From Octopus sinensis (lineage: Eukaryota), in assembly GCF_006345805.1 (NCBI RefSeq), contig NC_043010.1, positions 44,888,001 through 44,952,000 on the forward strand: a stretch of 64,000 nucleotides of DNA, read 5' to 3'. The notes beneath the pieces were generated by a model, which did no database searches, was not told the origin of the DNA, and saw nothing but the letters and a program-made list of their open reading frames with translations. Position numbers and translations under genes: made by a program. This document shows, in pieces, positions 49,205-61,271 of this stretch (position 1 is the stretch's first letter; every line of letters starts with the position of its first letter).

Positions 49205-49620
49205 AGCGCATCAGTGCTACCTCAAATCAACACCCAACTAGGACAGATGTATTCTTCAAGACACTGGGAGATGCCCTCTTTGCAGACCCATCAGGGGGAC
49301 AATGTTCAGCAAAGATGGGACTCTCTCAGGGACATCATCCACAGGACTGCACTGAGAGCCTTTGCTATTAGAAGGAAAATCACAAAAGTTCTTCATCCAG
49401 ATCGTTTAGTCAGTCTCTCCAGAAAAAAAAACTCCATGATGGAATGAATGCATGCGTCAATGGGTGATATGTTCTGTGAACAGTTGCTTCAAGAGGCATC
49501 CATCATTGCCACATCTATGCAAAAAATGAAGATCTCGAGCAGTAATGGAAAGCCATAACCATTCTGTTTATGCTTAAGCAATGGCATTGATCAAAATTAA
49601 GTTGCAGTCATCGTTTACCA
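49205..49620. mobile_element. Degraded RTE-like LINE fragments, possibly in two orientations
   Basis: Plus-frame DNVQQRWDSLRDIIHRTALRAF resembles the RTE EN-RT linker; the minus-strand 49450-49570 match to RDLLFADD is weak. Confidence 0.45.
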
Positions 49621-49675
49621 TTCCTCTAGTCTCCAGGACTTTCCTTTTCAAGAAGGTGGCGGCCGTACAATATGG

Positions 49676-50470
49676 GTTTCAAAAAATTTCCAAAAAAATT
49701 TTTCAAAAATTTAGGGGAAAAGTTTCGAAAAATTTTTCAAAAATTTTTGGGGAAATTTTCAAAAATTTTGGGGAAAACTTTCAAAAATCTTTGGGAAAAA
49801 TATTCAAAAATTTTTGGGGAAACTTTCAACAATATTTGGAAAAAATTTTCAAAAATTGTGGGGGAAAATTAAAAAAAATTTTGGGGGAAAGTTTCCGGCA
49901 ATCTCCGGCAATGTCCGGCATTTTCCGACAATCTAATATTGAAAAATTAAAAAAAAATTTTTGAAAATTATCCCCAAATATTTTTGGAAATTTTACACGA
50001 ACATTATTGAAAATTTACGCCGAAAATTTTTGAAAATTTTTCCGAAAATAGTTTTGAAAATTTTCACCTACCTTATTGGGAAATCTCCCAAAATGCTATT
50101 CCGCCTATCTCCGGCAATCTCCGGCAATTTCCAGCAATTTAGGGCAATCTCCGGCAATTTTGGGGGAAGATTTTCAAAAATATTTGGCGAAAAATTTTCA
50201 AACATTTTTGGGAAAAGTTTTCAAAAATTTTTTGGGAAAAATATTCAGAAGTTTTTGGGAAAAATTTCAAAAATATTTGGCGAAAATTCTCAAAATTTTT
50301 TAGGGAAAATTTCCAAAAAATTTCAAAAAATTTTTCAAAAATTTTAGGGGAGAATATTCAAAAATTTTTGAGGAAAATTTTCAAAAAATTTTTCAAAAAT
50401 TTTCGGGGAAAATTTTCAAAAAGTTTTTCAAAATTTTTGGGGAAAACTTTCAAAAATTTGTGAGGAAAAT
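49676..50470. repeat. Degenerate A4T4/G-run minisatellite (about 23-bp unit) with embedded 11-bp ctccggcaat repeats
   Basis: aaaattttcaaaaatttttgggg-like units; tccggcaatc repeats at about 49891-49931 and 50100-50160. Confidence 0.85.
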
Positions 50471-51933
50471 TAGACAATAATTAGACAATACCCCCACCCT
50501 TTTGACACAATTCAATGATGTAAGCGATCTCTGAGACAATGTGATGTTTTGACCATATTGTGTGTGTCCTTTTAATTAATTTTTTTTTAAAGTAAACACT
50601 TTCAAACTTCCGTTACTGGTAGAATGTGTCACATAGAACAGGGTTTACTCTTAACGTTTTGGATAAAATTTTGTACTTTAGAAGTTATTTCGTCTGAAAT
50701 TACAGAGTGAGAATGGACAAATTCGTGTTTGATAAGTGCCAATACACGAAACTCTCAGTTGTTGACTTACTCTCTAATTTCTGCCGATGATATATATATA
50801 CATATTACATAAATGTGTAAAACAAATCTTATCACACAATCGAACCAATGAAAGAGCCTCTATCTGGTCGCTCCATACGTTAAAAATAGCAGCCAAAGAA
50901 GCCCACTACCCACATCTCACGCCCATTGTATGTAATGTCCTAGATTATCCCTAAAAAGACGGTTTGCTGAAGGCTGGAATGTCTTTGAGGATACGTTTTC
51001 AGTATCAGGGTTGATTTGAGGTTGAATAACAACATTATAGTTAATTTCTATATTAACACTCGCACGATTTTCACTCAGAAAAAACAAAAAAGTTATTTTT
51101 GCGTGGAATCAAGACCTTGACCTCCTAATGTGCTGCAAATCCCTTATTTTGGTTCGGAAAAAATTAGGTGGGGTTCACCCTCCCAATCCCGGAATCGATG
51201 GAAATGTTTTTTCGTTGAATGAATTCCTGTGACCTCCTAATATTGCAAAATTAGGTTACTTAATTTGAGCCTGGTAACTGATCGTTTTGGGATCTTGTTG
51301 TTTGTAATTTTTGGTGCTCCATGGTGCAACGAACGACATGGTAAAAATCCCTGCCATAAATTTGGTGTAGATGGGTAATATCAAATAATTCAATCACAAC
51401 ATATATTTAAATTCAACATGGAAAAATGCAAGCATGAAAATAAGATTCTTAAGATTATAAACCTGGAAAAGTACAGGACAAGTTATTACACCTGTAAGAG
51501 TATAGGACAAGCTATTACTTCAAGTAAAGAATAAGATACTTTTTACTTAAAATATTGCAGCTAAAATTAAAATTTGAATATTAAAAATTATTTTATTATA
51601 GTTTTCAAATAACACTATACATATTTAAGTACAATTTGGCTACTTTACTACTTTAAATGCAGAAAATAGTGACTAATTAGAAAAACTTGCAAATTAGCTG
51701 AACAGTTTTGCGCAATATAAGATGAGAACTCTAAAGAGTGATAAATTAGAAGTGGCATTCTTTGGTGCAATATTTTAAGTAAAAAGTTTCTTATTCTTTA
51801 TTTTACTTAAAGTAGTAGTTTGTCTTATACGTTTACAGGTGTAATAACTTGTCCCGTACTTTTCCAGGTTTATAATCTTAAGAATATTACTTTTCATGCT
51901 TGCATTTTCCATGTATATATATATATATTTATA

Positions 51934-52035
51934 CTAGCAGAGATACCTGGCGTTGCCCGGTTACATTCAATTGAAGAATTAGACTTTTCTGTTATATATA
52001 TATGGACACACACACACACACACACACACACCACA

Positions 52036-52076
<41 letters not shown>

Positions 52077-54420
52077 TATTAATATAAATACATGACAGTA
52101 CATGAAGTTTGTTAAAAAAAAGGGGATCATGTATATACCTCCTGGCTGTTGAGATTATAACACCTTGTTGTAAACAATGTTCCTTATTTTTCCTTGTGGA
52201 ACATATACAAAAAGGTTTTTTTGGTTCCTACTCTTGAGCAGCCAACATACAGTTGCCCATGCGAGAAGCAGGGCTCTTCCAAGAGACGACCAGCTGCAGA
52301 GAGGGTTTGACCCTAAGATTTGTTAATGGACATGGCAGAGCTGACACGAAGGGGGAATTGCAGTCTTCTGAATGTAAATGGAATTTCTGCTCCTGATGGA
52401 GTAAGAGGAATTCTTGGAATAAAGACGTCATCACCTTTTCCACATCCAGAAAGAATGATCGCCTCGATAACGTGTGACATCATTTTCTTTATCACCAGTC
52501 GTGTTCCATTGCAAAGTCTTGGTGGTTCCAGATTTCGGAGTAGCATTACAGGAGTTCCAACTTTAAGTGCTATTATGTGTGGAGGTAGTCCAGGAGGCTT
52601 CAGTGAATTGAGAAATTCAGGAGGATAGTTCACATCTTCATTTATATCTGGAATTGTATCAACAGACTTGTAAGTGTATATAGTGCCGAGAAGAGAATGC
52701 ATTAGCTGTTGATTAATTTTGTTAACAGCGACGTTTTTTGGAGCTAGTATTGCTCTTTCACACAGCCAATTGTGATTTTGGTAGTTTTGTGTGAAGTTGG
52801 GAAAGACTTTGTTTTTGAGGTCATCTACAGAATTAACAACAGAGGAAACTGACCACACTTCCATTTGTCCTGCAGCATCGAGAGGCATCGCCTTCACCAA
52901 GTGTCAAAATTTCCTGTGCAAACTTTGTAGACATTTTGTCGCCGTGTAGCTGAGCTCTCATGTTAGTGATGAGACTGAGGATTGTAACATGATGCCACAG
53001 GGTAGAGGACTTTAGGCATGCTTGGACTTCATCTGCTCTAGTGCCTTTCGGAATGACAAGATGAGTTTGCCTGAAATCACCTGACAACAGAAGCGTTACA
53101 CCTCCCATTGGATGTCTTTCAGGGCTCTATCTAATGCTTCCAAAGCTCCCTTGTGAGCCATAGTGCACTCATCCCAGACAATTAGATGACACATTTTAAG
53201 TACTTGTCCCTGATCTGAGCTTTTGTTGATGTTGCATGAAGGCATTTCGGATGCTGCTAAATTGAAAGGGAGTTTAAAAGTTGATTGTGCTGTCCTGCTA
53301 CCGAGTAACAAAGTAGCTGCAATGCCAGAGGAGGCTACAGCTACTGCAATGTCCTGATGCTGTCTAACTTCTGCAAGGAGAAGCTTTGTAATAAATGTTT
53401 TTCCTGTCCATCCAGGAGCATCAAGGAAGAAGATTCGTCCCTCGCGTTGGCGTACACTGTTAAGAATAGTTCTGTAGGCCTGTAGCTGGTCCGGAAGTAA
53501 TGTAGGCTCATTTTCAACAATGTACTTTGAAAGCGCTTGAGTGTCGTAGGTTGTTTCACGAATGACAGCAGTGGGAAGGCTATTTGACCCTGACCAGAAT
53601 GCTTGTGGCATGCCATACGTCGACAATTCCTTTCCACCCAGTTTAGCAATTCTGTCTTCAATGTCAATGAGTGTTTTGTTATAGATTTCATTGCTGATAC
53701 CCTCCATGTCAGGATAGAGCAGTTGAGCTTGGCGCTGAAAGTCTTCAGCCAGGTTGTCTCTATATTTGAGCCATAGAGTGGCCGGATCACACAGTTCGCA
53801 TGCATGTAGTAATACTGCAAATAGTGCCCTGAGACTTTTAGGTGATTGTGATAAAGCAGCCTCTCCTAAAGTTGCATCCCATTGTGCACCATCTTCTAAC
53901 AGACCTTGTCGATAGCAGGCTTCTCTGTATGTTGTGCAGACATGTCCATGAACGGTTTTTAGGGCCTGGAAAGACGTTGGCCCTCTGACCTCATGCAGTA
54001 GTAGACGAAGGTAGAAGCACTCTTGTTGAGTGGGATGCACTATGTATACTCGCCCAAGGCAAGTGTGAAACTTAATGCCAGGGTATCCATGAACATTTTG
54101 ATCTGCTTTCCGTGGGGCCCATTTTTTCCATTCCAAGTGTAGTACGATGGAATCTGTGGATACAGCAAGGTTTGGGAGAATGGATCCACTTGACAAAGCT
54201 TGAAGAATGCAGTGAGTGTGCTATCCCTTGGTTCCTCTGCCAACAGAGAAGCATTAGCATCGGTGAAGTACACTCTTTGACCATTTTCCAGGTGCACTGC
54301 AAACTGCTGAATGGCGGGGTGTCGTTGGCGTATCCTGCCACCAAAAGTTGTTCGCTGTTTGTGAATAGTGTGTATTTTTACAACTACGTTTACCAATAAT
54401 TGGAAAGCTGTATTTCAAGT
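51934..54420 (-). mobile_element. Helitron RepHel 3' half (PIF1-type helicase), frameshifted, with intact 3' terminus
   Basis: HPAIQQFAVHLENGQRVYF, LRLLLHEVRGPTSF, FLDAPGWTGKTF, IVWDECTM, LLSGDFRQ, LRNLEPPRLCNGTRL, RLQFPLRVSSAMSINKS. 3' hairpin ccgggcaacgccagg and CTAG|T at 51934. Confidence 0.95.
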
Positions 54421-54724
54421 GGGGTAGTCCAGGTTCTAATCTGAATACCATAGGGCTTGGAGTACCTGAATGCACGGAAGATTTTTTTGCTGTCAGAATT
54501 GAGCACAACAGCAGCTGAAGTTATGGACGGACTTCTCGGAAGGGATATAGAAGCTGGAGATTGTCAGCAAGACGAATTTTATAAATAAACTGATAAATTC
54601 ATGACATGAATGGCAATTTTAATTATTTCGATTCATCTCATTGTGACCCTGTCGAAGTTTTGAAAGCGTATATCTTGTCGATCCACCCTGTATGTGTACC
54701 GGCCGTATATCCTAACATTTCATT

Positions 54725-54925
54725 ATGTGATCGGCGAGCAGGCAAAATCGTTAGCACATTGAGGAAAACGCTTAGTGGCATTTTGTCCGTCCTTATGTTT
54801 TGATTTCAAATTCTGCCGAGATCGACTTTACTTTTCATCCTTTCGGGTTCGATAAAATAAGTTCCAGTTAATTACTCCAACCCTGAAAAAGCTGGCCTTG
54901 TGCCAAAATTTGAAACTATTATTTG
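54725..54925 (+). mobile_element. Meta-domain-like SINE
   Basis: ggcgagcaggcaaaatcgttagcac head, gagatcgactttacttttcatcctttcggg core, gccttgtgccaaaatttgaaac tail. Confidence 0.85.
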
Positions 54926-55129
54926 ATCGGAAGGAGATGGGAATTTTCCTGTAGCCTTATAATATCCAACCTCTATAAAGCTGAACTTCCCCAGGATGAT
55001 ACATGAATGGAAAATGAAAGTAAGGAGGATATCCAGAGGGTGTATTACTGAGAATAAAGAACTGGGTGATGCGTTTGGTACACGGCTTCAGGAGAGAGGT
55101 AGTTAACCATGACAGAGAAGGTTATCATG

Positions 55130-55832
55130 GCTTCACTCCCTGTGCTTTAGTTTCGTTACTGTAGCAACAGGTCGGATATTCAGACCACGTACACACATAC
55201 ATATACACAAAGTTGCAGAAAGTGTATAAAGAGGAGAGTATGAGCCTCACACAAGTGTACGAGTGGTTCAGACTTTTCTAAAAATTGCCGAAAAACTTTT
55301 GATATTGACGAACGTTTTGAGAGACCCGCAACCAGCAGAACTGAGAAAAACATGTGCGTGAAGATGTGAGGGGAAAATCGTCGAATCACCATCCATGAGT
55401 AATCAGATGTACATATTAGTTACGTTTCAGTTTTTCAGTTCAGTTCATTATCACTGAAGATTTGGGTATTTTGTGCGCAAACTGCTTTCAGCTGGCCAAA
55501 AAGACACCCGGGTTTCAGTTGCACAAGATCTCCTTGATTGTTTCGCGAACGATGAAAACTTTTTAAAAACTTTACGTTGGCTTCTGAGCAAGTATCGCCA
55601 AGCTTTTGGCAAAATTTGATGCAACGTTCTCTGTCATGGTCAATGCGACGATCACAGGCTACACAACTATCTTCCAGCCATTGCTATAAACAACGGAAGT
55701 GAGCTAGAACGTTAAAACTTAATGCACATCTACAGTAGAGTTCAAGGTCAATCTGTACCAAGCGGCTTTGCTCTCCATTCTTTAGTTTCGCAGCTATAGC
55801 AACAGTCCGGATACTTGTTGATCAGACCACGT
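55130..55832 (+). mobile_element. Degraded mariner remnants between two same-orientation copies of a TIR-like end
   Basis: KLQKVYKEESMSLTQVYEWFRLF and ENRRITI-like transposase N-terminus; ctttagtttcg..tagcaacag..ggata..tcagaccacgta repeated near 55130-55192 and 55770-55832. Confidence 0.55.
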
Positions 55833-56023
55833 ACACACATACATACATACACATAGATATACACATAGACACAAATGCATACACAAACATGTATACATAC
55901 ATACATGTATGCATATATACATGCATTCATACATACGTACTCGTACATACACATACGCACACATACATATACACATATACACACACACGTATGCACAGGC
56001 ATATACATACATACATACACACA

Positions 56024-56057
<34 letters not shown>

Positions 56058-56330
56058 CATACATACATACATACATACACACACAATGATGAAACTTTGT
56101 TTCATTATTAAAACTAACTTCTTTGAAGGAAGAATTCAGATAGTTTAAAAATAAAGATAACATACATACATTCATACATACATACGCACACGCATACGTA
56201 CACATATACATATACGCATACGTACACACATAATGCAAGCATACATACATACATACATACATACATACATACATACATACATACATACATACATACATAC
56301 ATACGTACGTACGTACGTACGTACGTACAA
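55833..56330. repeat. Compound (CATA)/(CA)/(TACG) microsatellite
   Basis: Directly visible; source of the spurious MYVC/HTYI ORFs. Confidence 0.9.
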
Positions 56331-57839
56331 GTGCGCTAAAAAATAGTAGTCGAAAACAAGTTTATAGATCAACAGGAAAACAAGTTTGCAGTCGAACGGC
56401 AAAAACAGATTTAGTGAATTGAAGAAATAGTGAATATAGTTTAAGAGTAGCTAGTACATACAGGTACGAGAACATGTTGTTTAAGAAGTACATTGGGTAG
56501 GTTAGACGAGTATTGTGCCTGCGGAGACACAAACGTCAGAAAACATAAGACCAAATAAATAAAAGAACAATCTTAATTTCTAGAGCCGACAAAGTAATAT
56601 GGAAATTGGTTTCGTTATGATAACAAGAAGAATGTCATCGAGTTCTCGAAAGGTGAAATCGTTCTCAACCCATAAAAATAACAACTCATTGTCCTGAAGT
56701 TTATTGATGTTTTAGAGGCAACAGTGAAATATACATAGCCGTTAAATTACTAAAGGGAGTGATTTAACATTGATTCTTGAAGTCTCTCACGAGGTTTAAA
56801 CCTCAACATAACAAGATACTTGAAACGGGTATACAAAGTTTATCTTATTTCGCTCTGGCTCTCACAATATATGGGAACTGTACGTACTTTTACAAAAATT
56901 AGTTATTGGCGGGGAAGTAGTTTTCTTGGTAACAGCATCAGGAGTGAAGAATGAGCCGCGAACCATTAGAAATGATATCTACTACCAAAAATTAATGACA
57001 AACATTCATCTTTCAATAGATTTAAATATGAGACTGAAGAAAAAGTTATAAATACAGAAGAATATATTTCCAATTACTCTAAATTAATTTTGTATGTATG
57101 AAAAATTCTTCCAAAACAAAAAAACAAAAACTAGAGAAAGAACTTGGGTATAGCAACCAAAAAACAATTATTTCGGTGGAAGTATGCAAAGTCAATCTTC
57201 TGTGGAGACAGAACCACGCATCTTCTCTCATTCAGAGCGTTTAGAATATCCCAGAATATCCCAGTCAATATCCAAAATAAAACTTCTATGTACTCTACAA
57301 ACATCATGTAGTTATAAACGCCACTTGTAACATACTTAAATAATAACCACGAATCAAGACATGAATTTAATTACATGCTGTAACTATGAGTTATAATTTG
57401 CAGAGGTGACAACCGAAAGATCTTGATCTCTACCTAAAGAGACCTCATTCAGTTTCAATACGGTTAGAAACATACATGCGTTCTAATTCATAGTGTTTAT
57501 ATATCATTCAATATCCAGAAGTTTAGATTATTCGGCTGCTAGATACGCGTGCACTTGTGGATTATAATCCAAAATCGTTCAGGATTATGAAAAGACATAT
57601 AAAGTTAACTAATTCACTGCTCATAAATTACAAAAGCTGCATATGCAGATTAATTATTCTAAATATTCTGATAAAACTGCTGCTTAGCTGAAAAAGTATG
57701 CATGTTTCTAGGCATGCCGACATCATGATATAGGCAAGTCTTTTCCAATAGTCAGATAACTTCCGGTCCTCCATGTTAGCTAACTTTTTTCTCAACTACA
57801 ACTTTAATCTTTATGCTCTCCAATGCCGTTGACTCTCTT

Positions 57840-58135
57840 TACTCTCTTTTTACTCTTTTTATTTTTTTCACTCATTTGACTGCGACCATGCTGGAGCACC
57901 GCCTTTAGTCGAGCAAATCGAACCCAGGACATATTCTTTGTAAGCCTAGTATTTATTCTATCGGTCTCTTTTGCCGAACCGCTAGGTTACGGGGACGTAA
58001 ACACACCAGCATCGAGTGTCAAGCGATGTTGGTGGGGGGGGGGGGGGGACAAACACAGACACATAAACAAATACACACACACACAAACATATATATATGT
58101 ATATATATATATGTATATATATGTATATATATATG

Positions 58136-58185
<50 letters not shown>

Positions 58186-58438
58186 TTTCTTTACTACCCA
58201 CAAGGGGCTAACCACAGAGAGGACAAACAAGGACAGACAAAGGGATTTAGTCGATTACATCGACCCCTAGACGTAAATGGTACTTAATTTATCGACCCCG
58301 AAAGAATGAAAGGCAAAGTCGACCTCGGCGGAATTTGAACTCAGAACGTAACGGCAGACGAAATATGGCTACGCATTTCGCCCGGCGTGTTAACGTTTCT
58401 GCCAGCTCGCCGCCTGTATATGTATGTCTGTATGTATA

Positions 58439-58477
<39 letters not shown>

Positions 58478-58506
58478 ATATATATATATAATATAATATA
58501 TATATA

Positions 58507-58552
<46 letters not shown>

Positions 58553-58860
58553 TTATTATTATATATATATATATATATATATATGATATATAATACATAC
58601 ATATATAATATATATATATATATATACATACATACATATACAGGCGGCGCTGGCAGCAACGTTAACACGCGGGCGAAATGCGTAGCCATATTTCGTCTGC
58701 CGTTACGTTCTGAGTTCAATTCCGCCGAGGTCGACTTTGCCTTTCATTCTTTCGGGGTCGATAAATTAAGTACCATTTACGTCTAGGGGTCGATGTAATC
58801 GACTAAATCCTTGTCTGTCCTGTTGTCCTCTCTGTGTTAGCCCCTTGTGGGTAGTAAAGA

Positions 58861-58891
<31 letters not shown>

Positions 58892-59061
58892 GTGACCTCG
58901 TGAGTACCGTTGGCGATTTTTTTCCTCTGTTTCCTTCTCAGGATCTTCTTCTCCTATGTTTCCGATAAAGAGCTCCTGAGCGTCAATAATACTTTATTTG
59001 TTCCACGTCTCGCGTTGTTGTGTTTTGTTTATTTTGTGTTTTTTTGTTGTTGGATTACTAT

Positions 59062-59105
<44 letters not shown>

Positions 59106-59258
59106 GACGGCCTCTTTCAGTTTCCGTCTACCAAATCCAATCACAAGGCTTTGGTCGGCTCGAGGCTATAGTAGAAGACACTTGGCCAAGGTTCTACGCA
59201 GTGGGACTGAACCCGGAACCATGTGACTCGTAAGCAAGCTACTTACCACACAGCCAAT
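57840..59258 (-). mobile_element. CORE-like SINE whose internal TA tract hosts nested insertions
   Basis: 3' half about 57840-58090, 5' half about 59100-59258; two inverted SINEs and a Penelope-tail-like piece lie between them. Confidence 0.8.
58184..58863. repeat. Inverted pair of the same Meta-like SINE copy around a TA spacer
   Basis: 58184-58416 (-) and 58641-58863 (+) share private variants (tagccatatttcg, cattctttcgg, accatttacgtctagggg). Confidence 0.9.
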
Positions 59259-59321
59259 ACCTTAAACTGTTTCTCAGAAACAAGGTGTTTTAAACAATCG
59301 TCAAAATTTCCTCGAACACCT

Positions 59322-59424
<103 letters not shown>

Positions 59425-59779
59425 CATAATCAAGTACACACGCACGCACGTGTCCCCACCCACAGTATTCATGCTAAATATGATGACTTTTATGTCTTCT
59501 TTTTTGTGGGAAGGAATTGGCTGATGTATTGGTGAACTGTCAACAGCGTTGTATGTCATAATAATTAAAACTGTAGATGACAAAAAAAGTTAGCTGACAT
59601 GGAAGACTGTAAGCTATCTGAATATTGGAAAAGAGTTACCCGTGTAATGTTGTTCGCTCTGTATCAAGATGCCGACAACACGACTGCTGCTCAATGCTCT
59701 GTGAACACTGCAAAGACAGTAAGACGTGATATGGACAACACTAATGAAGTATCAATGAAGGCAGGAGTAGTAGTTGTTT

Positions 59780-59960
59780 GAGAATTTCTACGACTTACCT
59801 GACCCCTTTTTCTGGCCACCTAATTGCCCCGAGTGTAATCCCCTGAATTACTGTCTGTGGGGTGCGGTTGAGAAAGACACCAACTGCTCTGCTTGCAACA
59901 CTAAGGCTGAACTGGTAGTCGAGTTCCGCAGCTGTCTTCAGGTTGGAACTTGGAAGCTAA
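59780..59960 (+). mobile_element. Tc1/mariner-superfamily transposase C-terminal remnant
   Basis: FWPPNCPECNPLNYCLWGAVEKDTNCSACNTKAEL resembles WPP.SPD.NP.D...WG. Confidence 0.7.
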
Positions 59961-60084
59961 GGCTGACTACTTTGAGTAAACTGTTATCTAGCAGCCATAA
60001 TCTTGTTGTCGATATTTTTTGATTTTGTTTTGAAATATTCCTATTTTTGGATGGCATATTTTGTTTACTTTTCCTTTCATGCAC

Positions 60085-60664
60085 ATTGGTTTCAAATTTT
60101 GGCACAAGGCCAGCAATTTCGGGGGAGGGAGATAGGTCGATAACATCAGCCACAGTGCTCAACTGGTAATTATTGTCCCTGGAAGGATGAAAAAGCAAAA
60201 TCAAACTCGGTGGAATTTAAACTCAGAACGTAGCGACAGACGAAATACCTATTTCTTTACTACCCACGAAGGCCTAAACACAGAGAGGACAAGCAAGGAC
60301 AGACAAACGGATTAAGTTGATTATATAGACCCCAGTGCGTAACTGGTACTTATTTAATCGACCCCGAAAGGATGAAAGGCAAGGTCGACCTCGGCGGAAT
60401 TTGAACTCAGAACGTAGCGGCAGACGAAATACCTATTTCTTTACTACCCACAAGGGGCTAAACACAGAGGGGACAAACAGGGACAGACAAACGGATTAAG
60501 TCGATTACATCGACCCCAGTGCGTAACTGGTGCTTAATTTATTGACCCCGAAAGGATGAAAGGCAAAGTCGACCTCGGCGGAATTTGAACTCAGAACGTA
60601 ACGGCAGACGAAATACCGCTTAGCATTTCGCCCGGCGTGCTAACATGTCTGCCAGCTCGCCGCC
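60085..60664 (-). mobile_element. Meta-domain-like SINE trimer
   Basis: One head at 60664; two Tx1-tailed units each joined taaagaaata|ggtatttcg (junctions 60433/60434 and 60249/60250); final unit has the alternative tail. Confidence 0.92.
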
Positions 60665-60919
60665 TGAACACACACACACACACAGACACACACACACACT
60701 TTTAAAAGTCTTTGTCAAAATTACAGTTTTACTAAGTATAAAAAAGATTTAAAAAAAAATTATTTTTAAAAAGTTGCAAATTCTTTGTTTGAACGTAACT
60801 AACCTTTTGGGAAGTTTCTTTCCAGTGTGTGTGAGCACTTTCGATTATCTTTTCAAAAAGAAAAACGTGGTCTTGAATAATGTATGAAAGAGGAAGCTGT
60901 TACTTTTGTAGTAGTGGTA

Positions 60920-61190
60920 GTGTTAACTATTTCCGGTTTATTTTCGGACTTAGGGTTTTCTTGAAGTATTCTTCCTTTGTCTTTCATAGTTAATCATTTT
61001 TATCTAATATTTTGTAAAAAAGGAATTTGTAAATATGCTTTCACCATTATTTATTATATGAAGTGTTGACTATTTTCGGTTTACTTTAGGATTTAGAATT
61101 CTTATAAAGTATTCTTCTTTTGCCTTTCGTAGTTGATCAGTTTCATTGTTTATTCTGTAAAATGGGAATATCTTTAATTTTCTATTTGCA
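60920..61190. repeat. ~143-bp diverged tandem duplication 3' of the Penelope element
   Basis: gtgtt(a/g)actattt..cggttt..gtattcttc.ttt..ctttc.tagtt starts at 60920 and 61063. Confidence 0.7.
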
Positions 61191-61271
61191 CAAATATCTA
61201 GATGTTCACTGCATGAGACATTCCTAAGGGGGAGTCCTTAATTTGTTATTTATACATATTTATATGACTGG

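Noticed and set aside
48501-49241. Long YI/IY-repeat ORFs up to 211 aa
   Set aside because: Translations of (TA)n/(TATG)n microsatellite; the same applies to CV/HT, LSIY, MYVC and poly-I/poly-Y ORFs elsewhere (for example 22519-23157, 55748-56402, 63117-63995).
49581-50347. K/I/F-rich ORFs of 127-128 aa
   Set aside because: Products of the A4T4 satellite, which lacks stops in some frames; no domain signal.
52313-54196. Host PIF1 helicase gene
   Set aside because: Intronless, frameshifted, preceded by Helitron-specific RepHel motifs and followed by a hairpin-CTAG terminus.
60085-60664. Regularly repeated units resembling a CRISPR-like array
   Set aside because: Units are about 184-bp SINE bodies without unique spacers, the context is eukaryotic, and there are no cas genes.
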